A stretch of 64,000 bases of DNA from Candidatus Saccharimonadota bacterium (GTDB lineage Bacteria > Patescibacteriota > Saccharimonadia > Saccharimonadales > JAXHMH01): positions 216,379 to 280,378 of the forward strand of contig JAXHMH010000002.1 of NCBI GenBank assembly GCA_034521515.1, read 5' to 3'. The translations under genes were made by a program, and so were the position numbers. Positions 1-11,721 of the stretch are shown piece by piece. The stretch's first letter is position 1. Every line of letters starts with the position of its first letter. Under the pieces are notes generated by a model that searched no databases, was not told the DNA's origin, and saw only the letters and a list, made by a program, of their open reading frames with translations.

Positions 1-205
<205 letters not shown>

Positions 206-230
206 AAAATGTTGAGCTCACTGCGATACA

Positions 231-359
231 TTTTTTGGAGCCATGTCGTATGACGTGGCCAAAAAAACGGATCACCCTATCATGCGATAGGGCATGAACT
301 CTCCATAAAAAGAGCGAAGCGAATTTTTATGGAGCCCTGTCGAATGACAGGGCAAAAAA
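231..359 (-). promoter_or_regulatory. Structured 16S leader: two related extended hairpins (231-267, 324-359) plus a third (275-292)
   Basis: TTTTTTGGAGCCATGTC-gtat-GACGTGGCCAAAAAAA and TTTTTATGGAGCCCTGTC-gaat-GACAGGGCAAAAAA differ by compensatory changes in the stem. CCCTATC-atgc-GATAGGG lies between them. Confidence 0.45.
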
Positions 360-725
360 CTCACAACTCTCTAAAGAATTTAATTTGACTTCAGTCGAAC
401 ATCTCAACGAATTGAGATAATTACTGACTAAAATGTAGACCTGTAAACAGGTCTTTCAAAAACAATTCATTTGAATTGACGTTGATTTGCACTACATAAG
501 TTTTTAACGTTCTAGAACCTTACATCGCCTCGGCCTATCTCTTGGCCAAGCCAAGAACTCTGCCGATGCTTTTGGTCTCATATTAGATTTTTCTTCTCGT
601 TACTCCTTCATCGTACGAAAAGCACGCTTCAGTCCGTTACGATAAGAATAAATCGCATTTGAGCCTTAACTGTAAAGTTCTATTCTTTAGAGACACTTTA
701 ACAAAGGCCTCGAAAGACTCGTACT

Positions 726-754
726 ATCCTACCTGTTGCCGGCTCCCCTGTCAA
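726..754 (-). promoter_or_regulatory. Candidate sigma70-type promoter reading toward the 16S gene
   Basis: Minus strand: TTGACA (754-749), 17-nt spacer, TAGGAT (731-726). Located just downstream of the gyrA stop. Confidence 0.3.
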
Positions 755-798
755 GCAATTTTATTAGCGTAAGCAAATTTACAACGTTTGTGGTCAGA

Positions 799-3318
799 TT
801 ACTCTGTTTTTTCTTCGGTTTCGTCGGTAGGCGGTGTCACGTCAACGAGTGCCAAAGATACAACCTTATCGTCATCATTAAGGCGCATAATCCTCACGCC
901 CTGTGTTGCTCGACCTAATGCCGGAATATCTTTTAGACCCAACCTTATAGTTTGACCCTGAGAAGATATGATGATTACCTCCTGGTTCTCATCGACCAAC
1001 GACTTCACGCCGATAAGTTGACCAGTCTTTTTATTAACAATTGCCGAGCGAATACCTACACCACCCCTTGCGTGTGGAGTAAATTGCGAAACCTTGGTAC
1101 GTTTGCCGTAGCCATTTTCGCTAATCACAAAGATATTTGAACCCTCTTGAACAATGTCCATGCCGATTACATAATCACCACCTCGCAAACGAATACCACG
1201 CACACCACGAGCCACTCTGCCCATTGGCCGCACATCCTTTTCATGAAAACGAATCGCTTGACCCTGGGAAGTCGAAATAACAATCTCATTGTCGCCGTCA
1301 GTCATACGTATCCACTTCAGTTCATCACCATCATCAAGGTTTATAGCTATCAAGCCAGAACTGCGCACGTTCTTATACTGCTCAAACGGTGTCTTTTTAA
1401 CGACTCCCCTGACCGTACACATAAATAGGTGACCGCCGTTCATTTGCTTGGTTACATTAATAACGGCACTCACCGTCTCCTCTGGTTGCAGTTGCAACAA
1501 GTTGACAATAGCAACACCCTTGGCATTTAAGCCTACAGCCGGAACTTCATAAGTTTTGAGCCGGAACACTCGTCCCTTGTTTGTGAAAAACAAGAGGTAG
1601 TCGTGCGTACTAGCATATACGACATGCTCTATAACATCTTCTTCTCGAGTCGCCATGCCACGCTTACCTTTACCGCCACGATTTTGTCTTCGGTAATCAT
1701 TAATCTGTGATCGTTTTATGTAGTTCGCGGACGTTAGTGTCACAACTACTTGCTCGTCAGGAATCAGATCTTCGTCACCGAGTTTGCCAAGCTCTTGTGG
1801 AACAATTTTTGTACGTCGTTCATCGCCAAACGTTTTCTTAACTTCAAGCAGCTCGTTTTTAATAATCTTTAGTATTTTTACTTCACTGGCTAAAATACTT
1901 TCCAGCTTTTCAATCAATTTCAACAGTTCTACTAACTCGTCTTCAATCTTCTTTCTTTCCAAGCCAGCTAGTGTGCGCAGCTGCATAGCCAGGATAGCTT
2001 TAGCCTGAATTTCAGATAGCTTGAACTGTTTGATTAAATTCTCTTGCGCTTCTTCGGTCGTCTGGCTCGCTCGTATGGTCGCAATAACTTTATCGATGTG
2101 GTCAAGTGCAATCTTTAGACCCTCTAGTACATGAGCTCGCTCTTTAGCCTTTCTTAGCTCAAACTCAGTGCGCTTCCGTATGACCGATACGCGATGTTTA
2201 ATGTATTCTTGCAAAATGTCCTGCAAGCCCAGCACTCGAGGCTGGATACCGTCAACCAGGGCGAGCATATTAAAGTGGAAACTGGTTTGTAGCGGTGTCA
2301 TTTTATATAGCTGATTGAGCACTTTTTTAGGATAGGCGTCTTTTCTAAGCTCAATGACAATCCGCACGCTACCTCGAGCACTTTCATCACGTAAATCAGA
2401 TATGCCAGTTAGCTTCTTGTCTTTCACAAGATCAGCAATTTTTTCAATCAGCGTGGCTTTATTAAGTGAGTAGGGTATTTCGGTCACAATTATTGAGTGA
2501 CGGCCTTTTTTGCTTTCTTCAATGTCGGCGACGGCACGCACCATAATGCCTCCACGCCCTGACGTGTAGGCATTCCTGAGCGACTCTTTGCCGTAAATTA
2601 TGCCGCCTGTAGGGAAATCTGGACCTTTTACATATTCCAAGAGGTCGTCAACAGTAGCTTCCGGGTTGTCTATCATGTGTACCGTGGCATCGACAAGCTC
2701 GTTCAAGTTATGCGGCGGAATATTAGTTGCCATACCTACAGCAATACCCATTTGACCGTTCAAGAGCAGATTAGGTAGCTTGGCCGGCAGTACCGATGGC
2801 TCACGCTCACTGCCATCGAAGTTATCGCGAAACGGTACGGTTTCTTTTTCGATATCTGCCAACATTTCTTCGGCTGCTTTAGCCATCTTAGCCTCGGTAT
2901 AGCGCATAGCAGCTGGTGGGTCTCCGTCCATAGAGCCAAAGTTACCTTGACCGTTAACCAACATATAACGCATCGCCCAGCTTTGCGCCATACGTACCAT
3001 TGAGTCGTATATTGCAGTGTCACCATGTGGGTGATATTTACCGATGACATCACCAACGATACGTGCACTTTTTACAAACTTCGAACCAGGCCTCCAGCCA
3101 TTCTTGCCCATCGAGTACAAGATTCGCCGATGCACCGGCTTAAGGCCGTCGCGAACGTCCGGCAATGCACGAGCAATGATAACGCTCATAGAGTAACGAA
3201 GGTAGCTATCCTCCATGACGTTTTCAACAGAGAGGTTCTCGAGTGTCTTAGAGTGTGTCTGCAATGGTTCTTGTGGCATGATATCGCCTTCTAGTGGTGT
3301 GTTGTTTTCTTCATCCAT
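799..3318 (-). CDS. gyrA: DNA gyrase subunit A
   Basis: 839-aa ORF with KYHPHGD, the active-site region [10 protein letters not shown], and C-terminal beta-pinwheel repeats. Immediately downstream of gyrB. Confidence 0.97.
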   Translation of the reverse strand: MDEENNTPLEGDIMPQEPLQTHSKTLENLSVENVMEDSYLRYSMSVIIARALPDVRDGLKPVHRRILYSMGKNGWRPGSKFVKSARIVGDVIGKYHPHGDTAIYDSMVRMAQSWAMRYMLVNGQGNFGSMDGDPPAAMRYTEAKMAKAAEEMLADIEKETVPFRDNFDGSEREPSVLPAKLPNLLLNGQMGIAVGMATNIPPHNLNELVDATVHMIDNPEATVDDLLEYVKGPDFPTGGIIYGKESLRNAYTSGRGGIMVRAVADIEESKKGRHSIIVTEIPYSLNKATLIEKIADLVKDKKLTGISDLRDESARGSVRIVIELRKDAYPKKVLNQLYKMTPLQTSFHFNMLALVDGIQPRVLGLQDILQEYIKHRVSVIRKRTEFELRKAKERAHVLEGLKIALDHIDKVIATIRASQTTEEAQENLIKQFKLSEIQAKAILAMQLRTLAGLERKKIEDELVELLKLIEKLESILASEVKILKIIKNELLEVKKTFGDERRTKIVPQELGKLGDEDLIPDEQVVVTLTSANYIKRSQINDYRRQNRGGKGKRGMATREEDVIEHVVYASTHDYLLFFTNKGRVFRLKTYEVPAVGLNAKGVAIVNLLQLQPEETVSAVINVTKQMNGGHLFMCTVRGVVKKTPFEQYKNVRSSGLIAINLDDGDELKWIRMTDGDNEIVISTSQGQAIRFHEKDVRPMGRVARGVRGIRLRGGDYVIGMDIVQEGSNIFVISENGYGKRTKVSQFTPHARGGVGIRSAIVNKKTGQLIGVKSLVDENQEVIIISSQGQTIRLGLKDIPALGRATQGVRIMRLNDDDKVVSLALVDVTPPTDETEEKTE

Positions 3319-3320
3319 GA

Positions 3321-5375
<2,055 letters not shown>

Positions 5376-5505
5376 TCAATATCTATTAGTTGTCTTCAGA
5401 TGATTTATCGATTTTTTGTATCCGCGAATAATGACTTCTTAACTTGTGCGAACACCTAGGTTTATGGTTCAATAAACAGTAGCGTTATTAACAGATAGAA
5501 CAAAA

Positions 5506-7131
5506 ATGTTTAAAAAACTGCTCAGCAACCTACCTTTTAATCCTAGCCTCATCGGTCAAGTATCTTTCTATGCCAAGCGACTACGCTCTGAAGAAAAATT
5601 ACGCCGCGTAGGTATTAGTCTTGTCGCATTATCGGTAGTCATACAAATGTTTGCGGTCTTTATTCCGCCAGAACCAACCCTTGCTCAATCTGGCAACGAT
5701 ATCATTCGTGGCGGATTCAGCAACACCCATGAAGCAACGCTAATGTGTCTTGATTCGACTCGAGATTTCGGGGCGATATTAAATCATTTTGGTTTTAACT
5801 GTAATCATATAGGAAATGCCCAAACAGTGTCACTGAAATCTACCTCAGTAATAGATGGAAAAGAATTGTACTCAATGGGTCGACATGCCAGAGGCCCAAT
5901 TGGACGTAGTAATAAAAACACTGATGAGCGTTCGGTTCGCATCAACAACGACACTTTCTATATAAGGCGCTTGGCCTCACTCGATACCTGGGCATCCTCA
6001 ACCTACCCCGCACTTAGACTACAAAACAGCCAGGGTAAGGTTATGTACATAATTAAGGATTGTGGTAATCCGGTATTAATAGGAGTCCCGCCTCCGCCTC
6101 CTGAGGTTGTCGACAAAGGAGTTTGCGAAGTTACTTCATACCCTGCTTCTGTTAAAAGAGGCGAGCGTTTTAGTGCAACTGTACGGGTTAGTAATAGCGG
6201 GGATACAACGTGGGATCCTGAGGAAAACTATAGACTCGGCTCACAGAACCCTCAAGACAACTGGAACTGGGGAACCAACCGAATAGATTTACCAAGACGC
6301 GTTAGTCCAGGGTCGAGTCTTGATATTACCGAGTCGTTCACTGCACCAAGTTCGGCCGGCACTCATCAATTTTCATGGAAAATGATTCAGGAAGGTGTGC
6401 GCTGGTTTGGTGAGTCCTGCTCAAAGCCAATTGTCGTAACCGCACCCGAGCCGGAACCGGAGGAACCAGACGAGCCAGAACTAACTCAAGAGCCGGAGCC
6501 AAAAGACGTATGTCCAGAGCTACCTGACGCTCAAGATGATATCGCTAGTTGCCTCGAACTTGGAAAAACTGCCAGTAATATTACCCAAAACGTCGCAGAC
6601 GCTAACAACACAACTGCCGCTGCTGGCGATGTAATTGAATATACCTTGCTCGTCACCAACGAGAGCACCAAAACTCTAAGCGACTTTGTTTTTGAAGAAC
6701 CCCTTCATGATGTTCTAGAGTATGCCGATATTATTAAACAAGGTGACGCGGAGTTCGACGAGAACTACCAGACACTACGCTGGCCAGAAGCCGACATCGA
6801 ACCGGGTGCAACCGAAGAAAAAGTCTTTCGTGTACGCATAAAGGATCCTATCCCTCAAACTCCAGTTTCTGTGTCCGACCCAAACTCCTATGATCTAGTT
6901 ATGACGAACGTATTCCACGGTGTAACGATTAATATCCGTCTCCCTGGAGGGGTAGTAAAAACCACTGAACAGGTTGCAACAACGCTGCCAAATACCGGCC
7001 CTGGTACAAATCTAGCTGTAGCTTTCGGTATAACTGTTATCGTCTCTTACTTTTTTGCCCGCACTAGACTGATGTCTAAAGAGGTAGCCATAGTACGAAC
7101 TGACTATGCAAGCAGTGGGAGTGCATCATGA
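5506..7131 (+). CDS. Sortase-anchored (LPXTG-type) cell-surface protein with an NBR1-like Ig domain and a DUF11-like repeat
   Basis: N-terminal TM/signal anchor. C-terminal LPNTGPG + hydrophobic stretch + RTR. Middle region: VSNSGDTTW...THQFSWKMIQEGVRWFGE (NBR1-like Ig), PEPEPEEPDEPE linker, AGDVIEYTLLVTNES (DUF11-like). Confidence 0.75.
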   Translation: MFKKLLSNLPFNPSLIGQVSFYAKRLRSEEKLRRVGISLVALSVVIQMFAVFIPPEPTLAQSGNDIIRGGFSNTHEATLMCLDSTRDFGAILNHFGFNCNHIGNAQTVSLKSTSVIDGKELYSMGRHARGPIGRSNKNTDERSVRINNDTFYIRRLASLDTWASSTYPALRLQNSQGKVMYIIKDCGNPVLIGVPPPPPEVVDKGVCEVTSYPASVKRGERFSATVRVSNSGDTTWDPEENYRLGSQNPQDNWNWGTNRIDLPRRVSPGSSLDITESFTAPSSAGTHQFSWKMIQEGVRWFGESCSKPIVVTAPEPEPEEPDEPELTQEPEPKDVCPELPDAQDDIASCLELGKTASNITQNVADANNTTAAAGDVIEYTLLVTNESTKTLSDFVFEEPLHDVLEYADIIKQGDAEFDENYQTLRWPEADIEPGATEEKVFRVRIKDPIPQTPVSVSDPNSYDLVMTNVFHGVTINIRLPGGVVKTTEQVATTLPNTGPGTNLAVAFGITVIVSYFFARTRLMSKEVAIVRTDYASSGSAS

Positions 7132-7688
7132 GCGAACAATTGCACGAAAGACAGGAGCACTCCGGTGAGCACATTGATACCAGTGCCGAAACAAAAAAAC
7201 TCAAGGAACAGCTTGAGGCTGCTTCTGAGCAAAAAAATAACGAAAAGCAACCTTCGACCGAAAAACTAGCTAAACAGGCTGAGAGCGAAGCGATTAGCGG
7301 CAAGGAGCGCACTATCGGCGAGCATAAAGAGTCGTCCGATACACCAATAGGTCAACAAAAAGATATTAAATATATGGCCTACAAGCGAACTCTGTCGCGA
7401 GTACAAAGTCAGCTTTCTGTGCCAGAAAAAACCTTTAGTAAGTTTATTCATAGGCCGACAATAGAAAAAGCAAGCGAGATAGGCTCCAAAACTGTCGCAC
7501 GACCATCAGGCATCATGGGTGGCGGTGTGGCATCTTTGCTGGGTACCGGTTTTGTACTTTTTGTGGCAAAACGTTACGGTTTTGAATACAACTATATGTT
7601 GTTCGTTCTCTTGTTTGCCGCCGGATTCATTATCGGTATTGGATTTGAGTTAATAGTCAGGCTACTTGCAAGACAACGCAACCAGTAA
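7128..7688 (+). CDS. Hypothetical membrane protein (C-terminal TM pair), translationally coupled to the surface protein
   Basis: ATGA start/stop overlap with the upstream ORF. Charged N-terminal half, two C-terminal TM helices. No family recognised. Confidence 0.55.
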   Translation: MSEQLHERQEHSGEHIDTSAETKKLKEQLEAASEQKNNEKQPSTEKLAKQAESEAISGKERTIGEHKESSDTPIGQQKDIKYMAYKRTLSRVQSQLSVPEKTFSKFIHRPTIEKASEIGSKTVARPSGIMGGGVASLLGTGFVLFVAKRYGFEYNYMLFVLLFAAGFIIGIGFELIVRLLARQRNQ

Positions 7689-7690
7689 CC

Positions 7691-10600
7691 CTAAGCCTCG
7701 TCCTGATTATGAAAGTTGCCTTCCTTATCTATATATATCGTGCTGTCGTGATCGTGTTGCGCAGAATCGCCTGATAGCTTAATTTCACCACCGTCTTTTT
7801 TTGGAGTAGACTCGTCTTTTATGGAGCTTCTGATTTCGTTAGCAATTGTAGAGACTTCCTGTTTTTCAATCTCATCACTTGAAATGTTCTGAGTCGAAGT
7901 ATCTGCAGCTTGCGGTTGGGGTTTTGGCTTAGCAGGTTTTGGCTGTGCTTGCGCTGGTGACTGCTGAGGCTGTTGTTGGGACGATTCCTTAGACATAGGT
8001 AGACTACTTTTTGCCGGCTGTATCTTCGGCGGAGAAGTGGTTTGTGTCGGTGCTGGTGTTGATGCGTTAGGTTTATTAGCACCCTGAGAAGCACCTGCCG
8101 GCGTTGCCGCTTTACGTTTTGCCAACCACTCATCCAGGAAAGAAGATCCCGATGCTGGCGGTTTCTGTGGTGTCGGACGACGTGGTTTTTGACCGAATGG
8201 CGACTGAGCAGCTGGCTGTCTTCCAGGTTGAGAACCAAACGCCGGCTTAGGCTCTTCTGTTGTGGCAAGTCGCTTAAATATCTCTTCTTCGGCCTTGGCT
8301 TTAGGTTTGCCATACTTAGCAGAAGACAGTTGTTTTAAGGCTTCTCCTAGCTGTGGGTTTGGCTTCCCCAGTGGTGGCAAAGTTGCCATACTAAACGGAT
8401 GCGTTGGCACACCACCAACCAAAGTTCGGATTATGGTGTTGAAGTTCGGAACCCGTAATAGATCCTCCGCATCAAATGCCGGCTGGAAATACTTAGAGAG
8501 CAAATCGACGTCATTTTGTCCAACTCGGAACGAAACAATTGTACCCATGTTCCCAAAAACGGCGTCCCTGATTTCCTCGCTTAACTGAGTCGTGAACTGG
8601 TTCGCAACTACTAGGTTAAGGTGGTACTTTCTGGCTTCTGACATGATTGTGGCAAATGAATCAGTCGAAAAATTCTGGAACTCATCAACATATAAACAAA
8701 AGTCCTTTCGGTCGGCTTCCGGTATATTTGCTCGACTCATAGCTGCCGCTTGGAATTTCATAACAAACACCATCCCAAGCAATTTGGAGTTTAGCTCGCC
8801 AGTCCTACCTTTGGTAAGGTTAACGATTAGGATTTTTTTGTTATCCATAATTTCACGCAAGTCAAACGCACTTTTGGTTTGGCCAATAATGTTACGCATC
8901 ATTTCATTACTTAAAAACGCACTAAACTTACTCACAAACCATCCCAGAATTTCGCTTTTATGATAATCACTGGTTTGAGCCATTTCTTTATTCCAAAAAT
9001 CTAGCACAGTTTTATCTTTTACATGCTTGAGTTTTTGTTTGACGTACTGATTATCGGTAAATACTTTTGGTATATCAATAAAGGTGGAGCCGTCAGGATC
9101 ACTCATAAGCGTCAGCGACGCATTACGAAACCAGTGTTCATAACGCGGCCCAATAATACCCTGGTGCAATGGATCATATAGCTTGTACAGCATGTTGATA
9201 GCCTCCTGGATAAGAAAGTCTTTTTGCTCCGGAGTATTAAATTCATACAGATTAAGTCCCATCGGATAATCCATATCAGCTGGGCAAAAATATACGACGT
9301 CTTCAGTGCGCTCCTTCGGAACCATAGACAGTAACCTTTCAGCGGTATCACCGTGCGGATCAATAAACGCAAATCCTTCACCACTCAACATATCCTGGAA
9401 AGCTAAATTTTCCAGAAATGTAGACTTACCTGTTCCGGTCTGACCAACAACATACATATGCCTTTGACGATCATTGAGGGCAAGCCTTATGGCTTTTTTG
9501 ACACCCCTGAAAATATTGTAGCCAAGCAAGAAACCTTCATCCGATATATTACGCGGACCATCCACCTGTTTAGATGCTTGTCGCTGAAGTTGTGAGGTCG
9601 GAATATTCTTCTGATCCGGGAAATGAAATAAGGTAGCAAGTTCAACAGAGTTGAGGATGTTTTTATTACTCTCCTGCGGGAAAAACCTAAGAATATACGC
9701 GGTCACAAACCGTTCTATATCTTTAGCGGGCGTGTATTTAAAGCCGTTTTTACCTTGAGCATCAAACAGTGAAAAAGCAGCAACCACATTACTTAAAATT
9801 GACTGCGCCCTGTGAGACACATTAGAAGAAGCAACAACTCGTATCATTACCTCGTATCCGGGATAACGCGTCTTGTCATCTATTGAATCAAGCACGTTCT
9901 GATCTAAGCTAGAAAGATCTGGCTTATCCGAACCCTTTTCATCCCCTTTTTCGTCGGGTGGTTTAACGAACGCCATGAATAACTGTCGAAACCACCAAAA
10001 TACACCATCGGAGCCCTTCTTGTTATCTTTACCTTTGCGTTTCTTGCCAGAAACACCACTGGCTTGTTTACGCCAACCAGGATCCGCAGGTCGTAGCAGA
10101 ATTTGTATACCGGCACCATCATCTTTATCTAATGTTGATAGTGCATTCAGCAATGATTGCATTGCATCGCGTTTCAGATCTTGATAAGTAGCTATCGGAT
10201 ACGCAAAATGCTCTTTGAGCGTTAATTCACCACCTATAGTGCCAGTTATCTTGCCTACAGGACTAAAAATATTGTGTTCATCAACCTCCTCTAGCCTCGC
10301 AGACGGATACGCACTAACTACCGCTTGCTTAACAACATCTACCAACACAACCGGTACAGCTGCATAAAAATGCACAAAACCATGGCTCCCCACTATCTCA
10401 AAAGCAAGGTGTCGCTGACCATAAAATTTACTTTTTAGACCTTTTTGCAGCGTGCTTGCAATAATGTTGTAGAGTACTTGTGCTTTAGATATGTTCTCGT
10501 CCACAATATCGCGCACATCACGACCACCAGAGTCTTCATCGTCACTTTGAGGAGGCAACTGTATGAGCAGAGGAACCATCTTGAGCCCCCTCTCAAAGTT

Positions 10601-10702
10601 CTTTTGCTCCCGAAACGTCTTTCGTACCTGCCAATATACAAACGGTGCTGCAAGCAGACCAAGAACAAATAACGTTACTAGTAGAAATATAAATGTTGTC
10701 AT
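7691..10702 (-). CDS. Membrane-anchored TraD/VirD4 (type IV coupling protein)-like P-loop ATPase with a long P/Q/K-rich C-terminal tail
   Basis: N-terminal TM, Walker A GQTGTGKST followed by FIDPHGD, Walker B LYVDEFQNF. About 230 aa of low-complexity tail. Confidence 0.7.
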   Translation of the reverse strand: MTTFIFLLVTLFVLGLLAAPFVYWQVRKTFREQKNFERGLKMVPLLIQLPPQSDDEDSGGRDVRDIVDENISKAQVLYNIIASTLQKGLKSKFYGQRHLAFEIVGSHGFVHFYAAVPVVLVDVVKQAVVSAYPSARLEEVDEHNIFSPVGKITGTIGGELTLKEHFAYPIATYQDLKRDAMQSLLNALSTLDKDDGAGIQILLRPADPGWRKQASGVSGKKRKGKDNKKGSDGVFWWFRQLFMAFVKPPDEKGDEKGSDKPDLSSLDQNVLDSIDDKTRYPGYEVMIRVVASSNVSHRAQSILSNVVAAFSLFDAQGKNGFKYTPAKDIERFVTAYILRFFPQESNKNILNSVELATLFHFPDQKNIPTSQLQRQASKQVDGPRNISDEGFLLGYNIFRGVKKAIRLALNDRQRHMYVVGQTGTGKSTFLENLAFQDMLSGEGFAFIDPHGDTAERLLSMVPKERTEDVVYFCPADMDYPMGLNLYEFNTPEQKDFLIQEAINMLYKLYDPLHQGIIGPRYEHWFRNASLTLMSDPDGSTFIDIPKVFTDNQYVKQKLKHVKDKTVLDFWNKEMAQTSDYHKSEILGWFVSKFSAFLSNEMMRNIIGQTKSAFDLREIMDNKKILIVNLTKGRTGELNSKLLGMVFVMKFQAAAMSRANIPEADRKDFCLYVDEFQNFSTDSFATIMSEARKYHLNLVVANQFTTQLSEEIRDAVFGNMGTIVSFRVGQNDVDLLSKYFQPAFDAEDLLRVPNFNTIIRTLVGGVPTHPFSMATLPPLGKPNPQLGEALKQLSSAKYGKPKAKAEEEIFKRLATTEEPKPAFGSQPGRQPAAQSPFGQKPRRPTPQKPPASGSSFLDEWLAKRKAATPAGASQGANKPNASTPAPTQTTSPPKIQPAKSSLPMSKESSQQQPQQSPAQAQPKPAKPKPQPQAADTSTQNISSDEIEKQEVSTIANEIRSSIKDESTPKKDGGEIKLSGDSAQHDHDSTIYIDKEGNFHNQDEA

Positions 10703-10705
10703 AGT

Positions 10706-11134
10706 TTAGTCGTCAACCGGTTTTATCTCTTTGTTGTAGCGCTTCTTTAAGTAATCTGCTCGCACTTGATTCATCTGTTGGTTCTGTTTATATGGATCGT
10801 CTTTGGTGTGTTCAACAATCTCTTTTGCTTTATGAACCCATTCTTTTTCTATTAAGTCCACATCGTCAGCTATAGGAGGGGTTGATGGATCTGGTTGGTC
10901 ATTGGCTGCGCTATTATCATTATCGCTAGCAGGATTTGTATGATCTGACGTGGGCTGAACCTGCGTGCCTTGTTGAGGCTGAGAAGATGGGGTTTGAGTA
11001 GAGGTAGTCTCAACTGATTGAGACATTTTTTGCTCATTAGGGGTATTAATCTGCTCAGCTGAACTGTCAAATTCCCCAGTTTGTGGCTTTGGTAACTCTG
11101 TTTGTGGGTATGATTCCCCTTGTTGCTCATTCAT
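10706..11134 (-). CDS. Hypothetical protein (low-complexity N-terminal half, conserved-looking C-terminal ~50 aa)
   Basis: 142-aa ORF co-oriented with and 3 nt upstream of the ATPase gene. No motif recognised. Confidence 0.5.
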   Translation of the reverse strand: MNEQQGESYPQTELPKPQTGEFDSSAEQINTPNEQKMSQSVETTSTQTPSSQPQQGTQVQPTSDHTNPASDNDNSAANDQPDPSTPPIADDVDLIEKEWVHKAKEIVEHTKDDPYKQNQQMNQVRADYLKKRYNKEIKPVDD

Positions 11135-11167
11135 CTCTGTAATTATAACAAAGGAATTGAAAGTTCG

Positions 11168-11515
11168 TTACGATAGAAGGTCTGTTTTTTTAAAATAAAA
11201 CGTTAAACCACCGAGTAACCCGAGTGTTATTAACAAATCTCTTACAGAAAGTTGTCCGATAGATTGCAAAATCAAAAGCAAAACCGGCAAAATTGCAGAC
11301 ACAATCGCCAGCCACCCCCTGAACTGGCGCGAAATATTTGGAAACCAGCGATATAAAATACTGCTAAATATCTGGTAGACGATGAAAAACACAAGCAAAA
11401 ACGGCAGTATGAGCAATGGTAGTGGCACGTTATTTGGGTTTGAAAGGGTAATTATACCAAGTAGCATCACTACAGATCCGCCGAAGATTACGACTCGAAA
11501 TTTAGAATTTCGCAT
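11168..11515 (-). CDS. Small integral membrane protein (about 4 TM)
   Basis: 115-aa hydrophobic ORF, first gene of the co-oriented 11515->7691 set. Confidence 0.55.
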   Translation of the reverse strand: MRNSKFRVVIFGGSVVMLLGIITLSNPNNVPLPLLILPFLLVFFIVYQIFSSILYRWFPNISRQFRGWLAIVSAILPVLLLILQSIGQLSVRDLLITLGLLGGLTFYFKKTDLLS

Positions 11516-11540
11516 ATAGAAATAGTGTAGCCCAAGTCGA

Positions 11541-11721
11541 ACAAATAAAATAGCACCAACGTATTGTTGGTGCCGGAAATAAGCGTGGAGCTAGGACGGT
11601 AAAACCGCTCGTTAAAAATACTATTTAGCGCTTACCGTCCGTAGCATGACTGACCGCTCCCATTACGAGAGCGATATCGGCATTGTAGCCGTAGGAATGT
11701 AAGTTTTTGTTTTAACCTACT
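11541..11721 (-). ncRNA. Candidate ~180-nt structured leader or small RNA (unassigned family)
   Basis: Minus-strand promoter TTGACT (11756-11751)-N17-TAGATT (11733-11728). Hairpins CGCTCTC-gtaat-GGGAGCG (11655-11673) and GGACGGTAA...TTACCGTCC (11594-11640). Intrinsic terminator GCACCAAC-loop-GTTGGTGC + UAUUUUAUUU (11573-11541), 26 nt before the ATG at 11515. Confidence 0.35.

Noticed and set aside
7819-8313. Nested and antisense ORFs inside long genes (e.g. 7819-8313, 2760-3068, 20034-20498, 24587-24895, 38486-38908, 44397-44951, 45575-45982, 58786-59328, 62253-62822)
   Set aside because: All are embedded in, or antisense to, ORFs with strong family signatures. They show low-complexity or Ser/Leu/Arg-rich translations typical of off-frame reading, and none has an independent start context.
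11575-11640. tmRNA 3' end on the minus strand (GTGGAGCTAGGACGG resembles rc of ...CCGTCC...GCTCCACCA)
   Set aside because: The adjacent sequence cannot form a T-arm (no GGTTCGA/TCGAACC element) and there is no acceptor pairing. The region is better explained as part of the candidate leader.
11640-11690. Fluoride (crcB) riboswitch upstream of the 4-TM protein (CGCUCUC-loop-GGAGCG followed by ...CAUGCUAC)
   Set aside because: The 5' GGNGAUG element and the loop/3'-tail pseudoknot complementarity are absent. The downstream protein also lacks CrcB signatures (no GGxTTFSTF).
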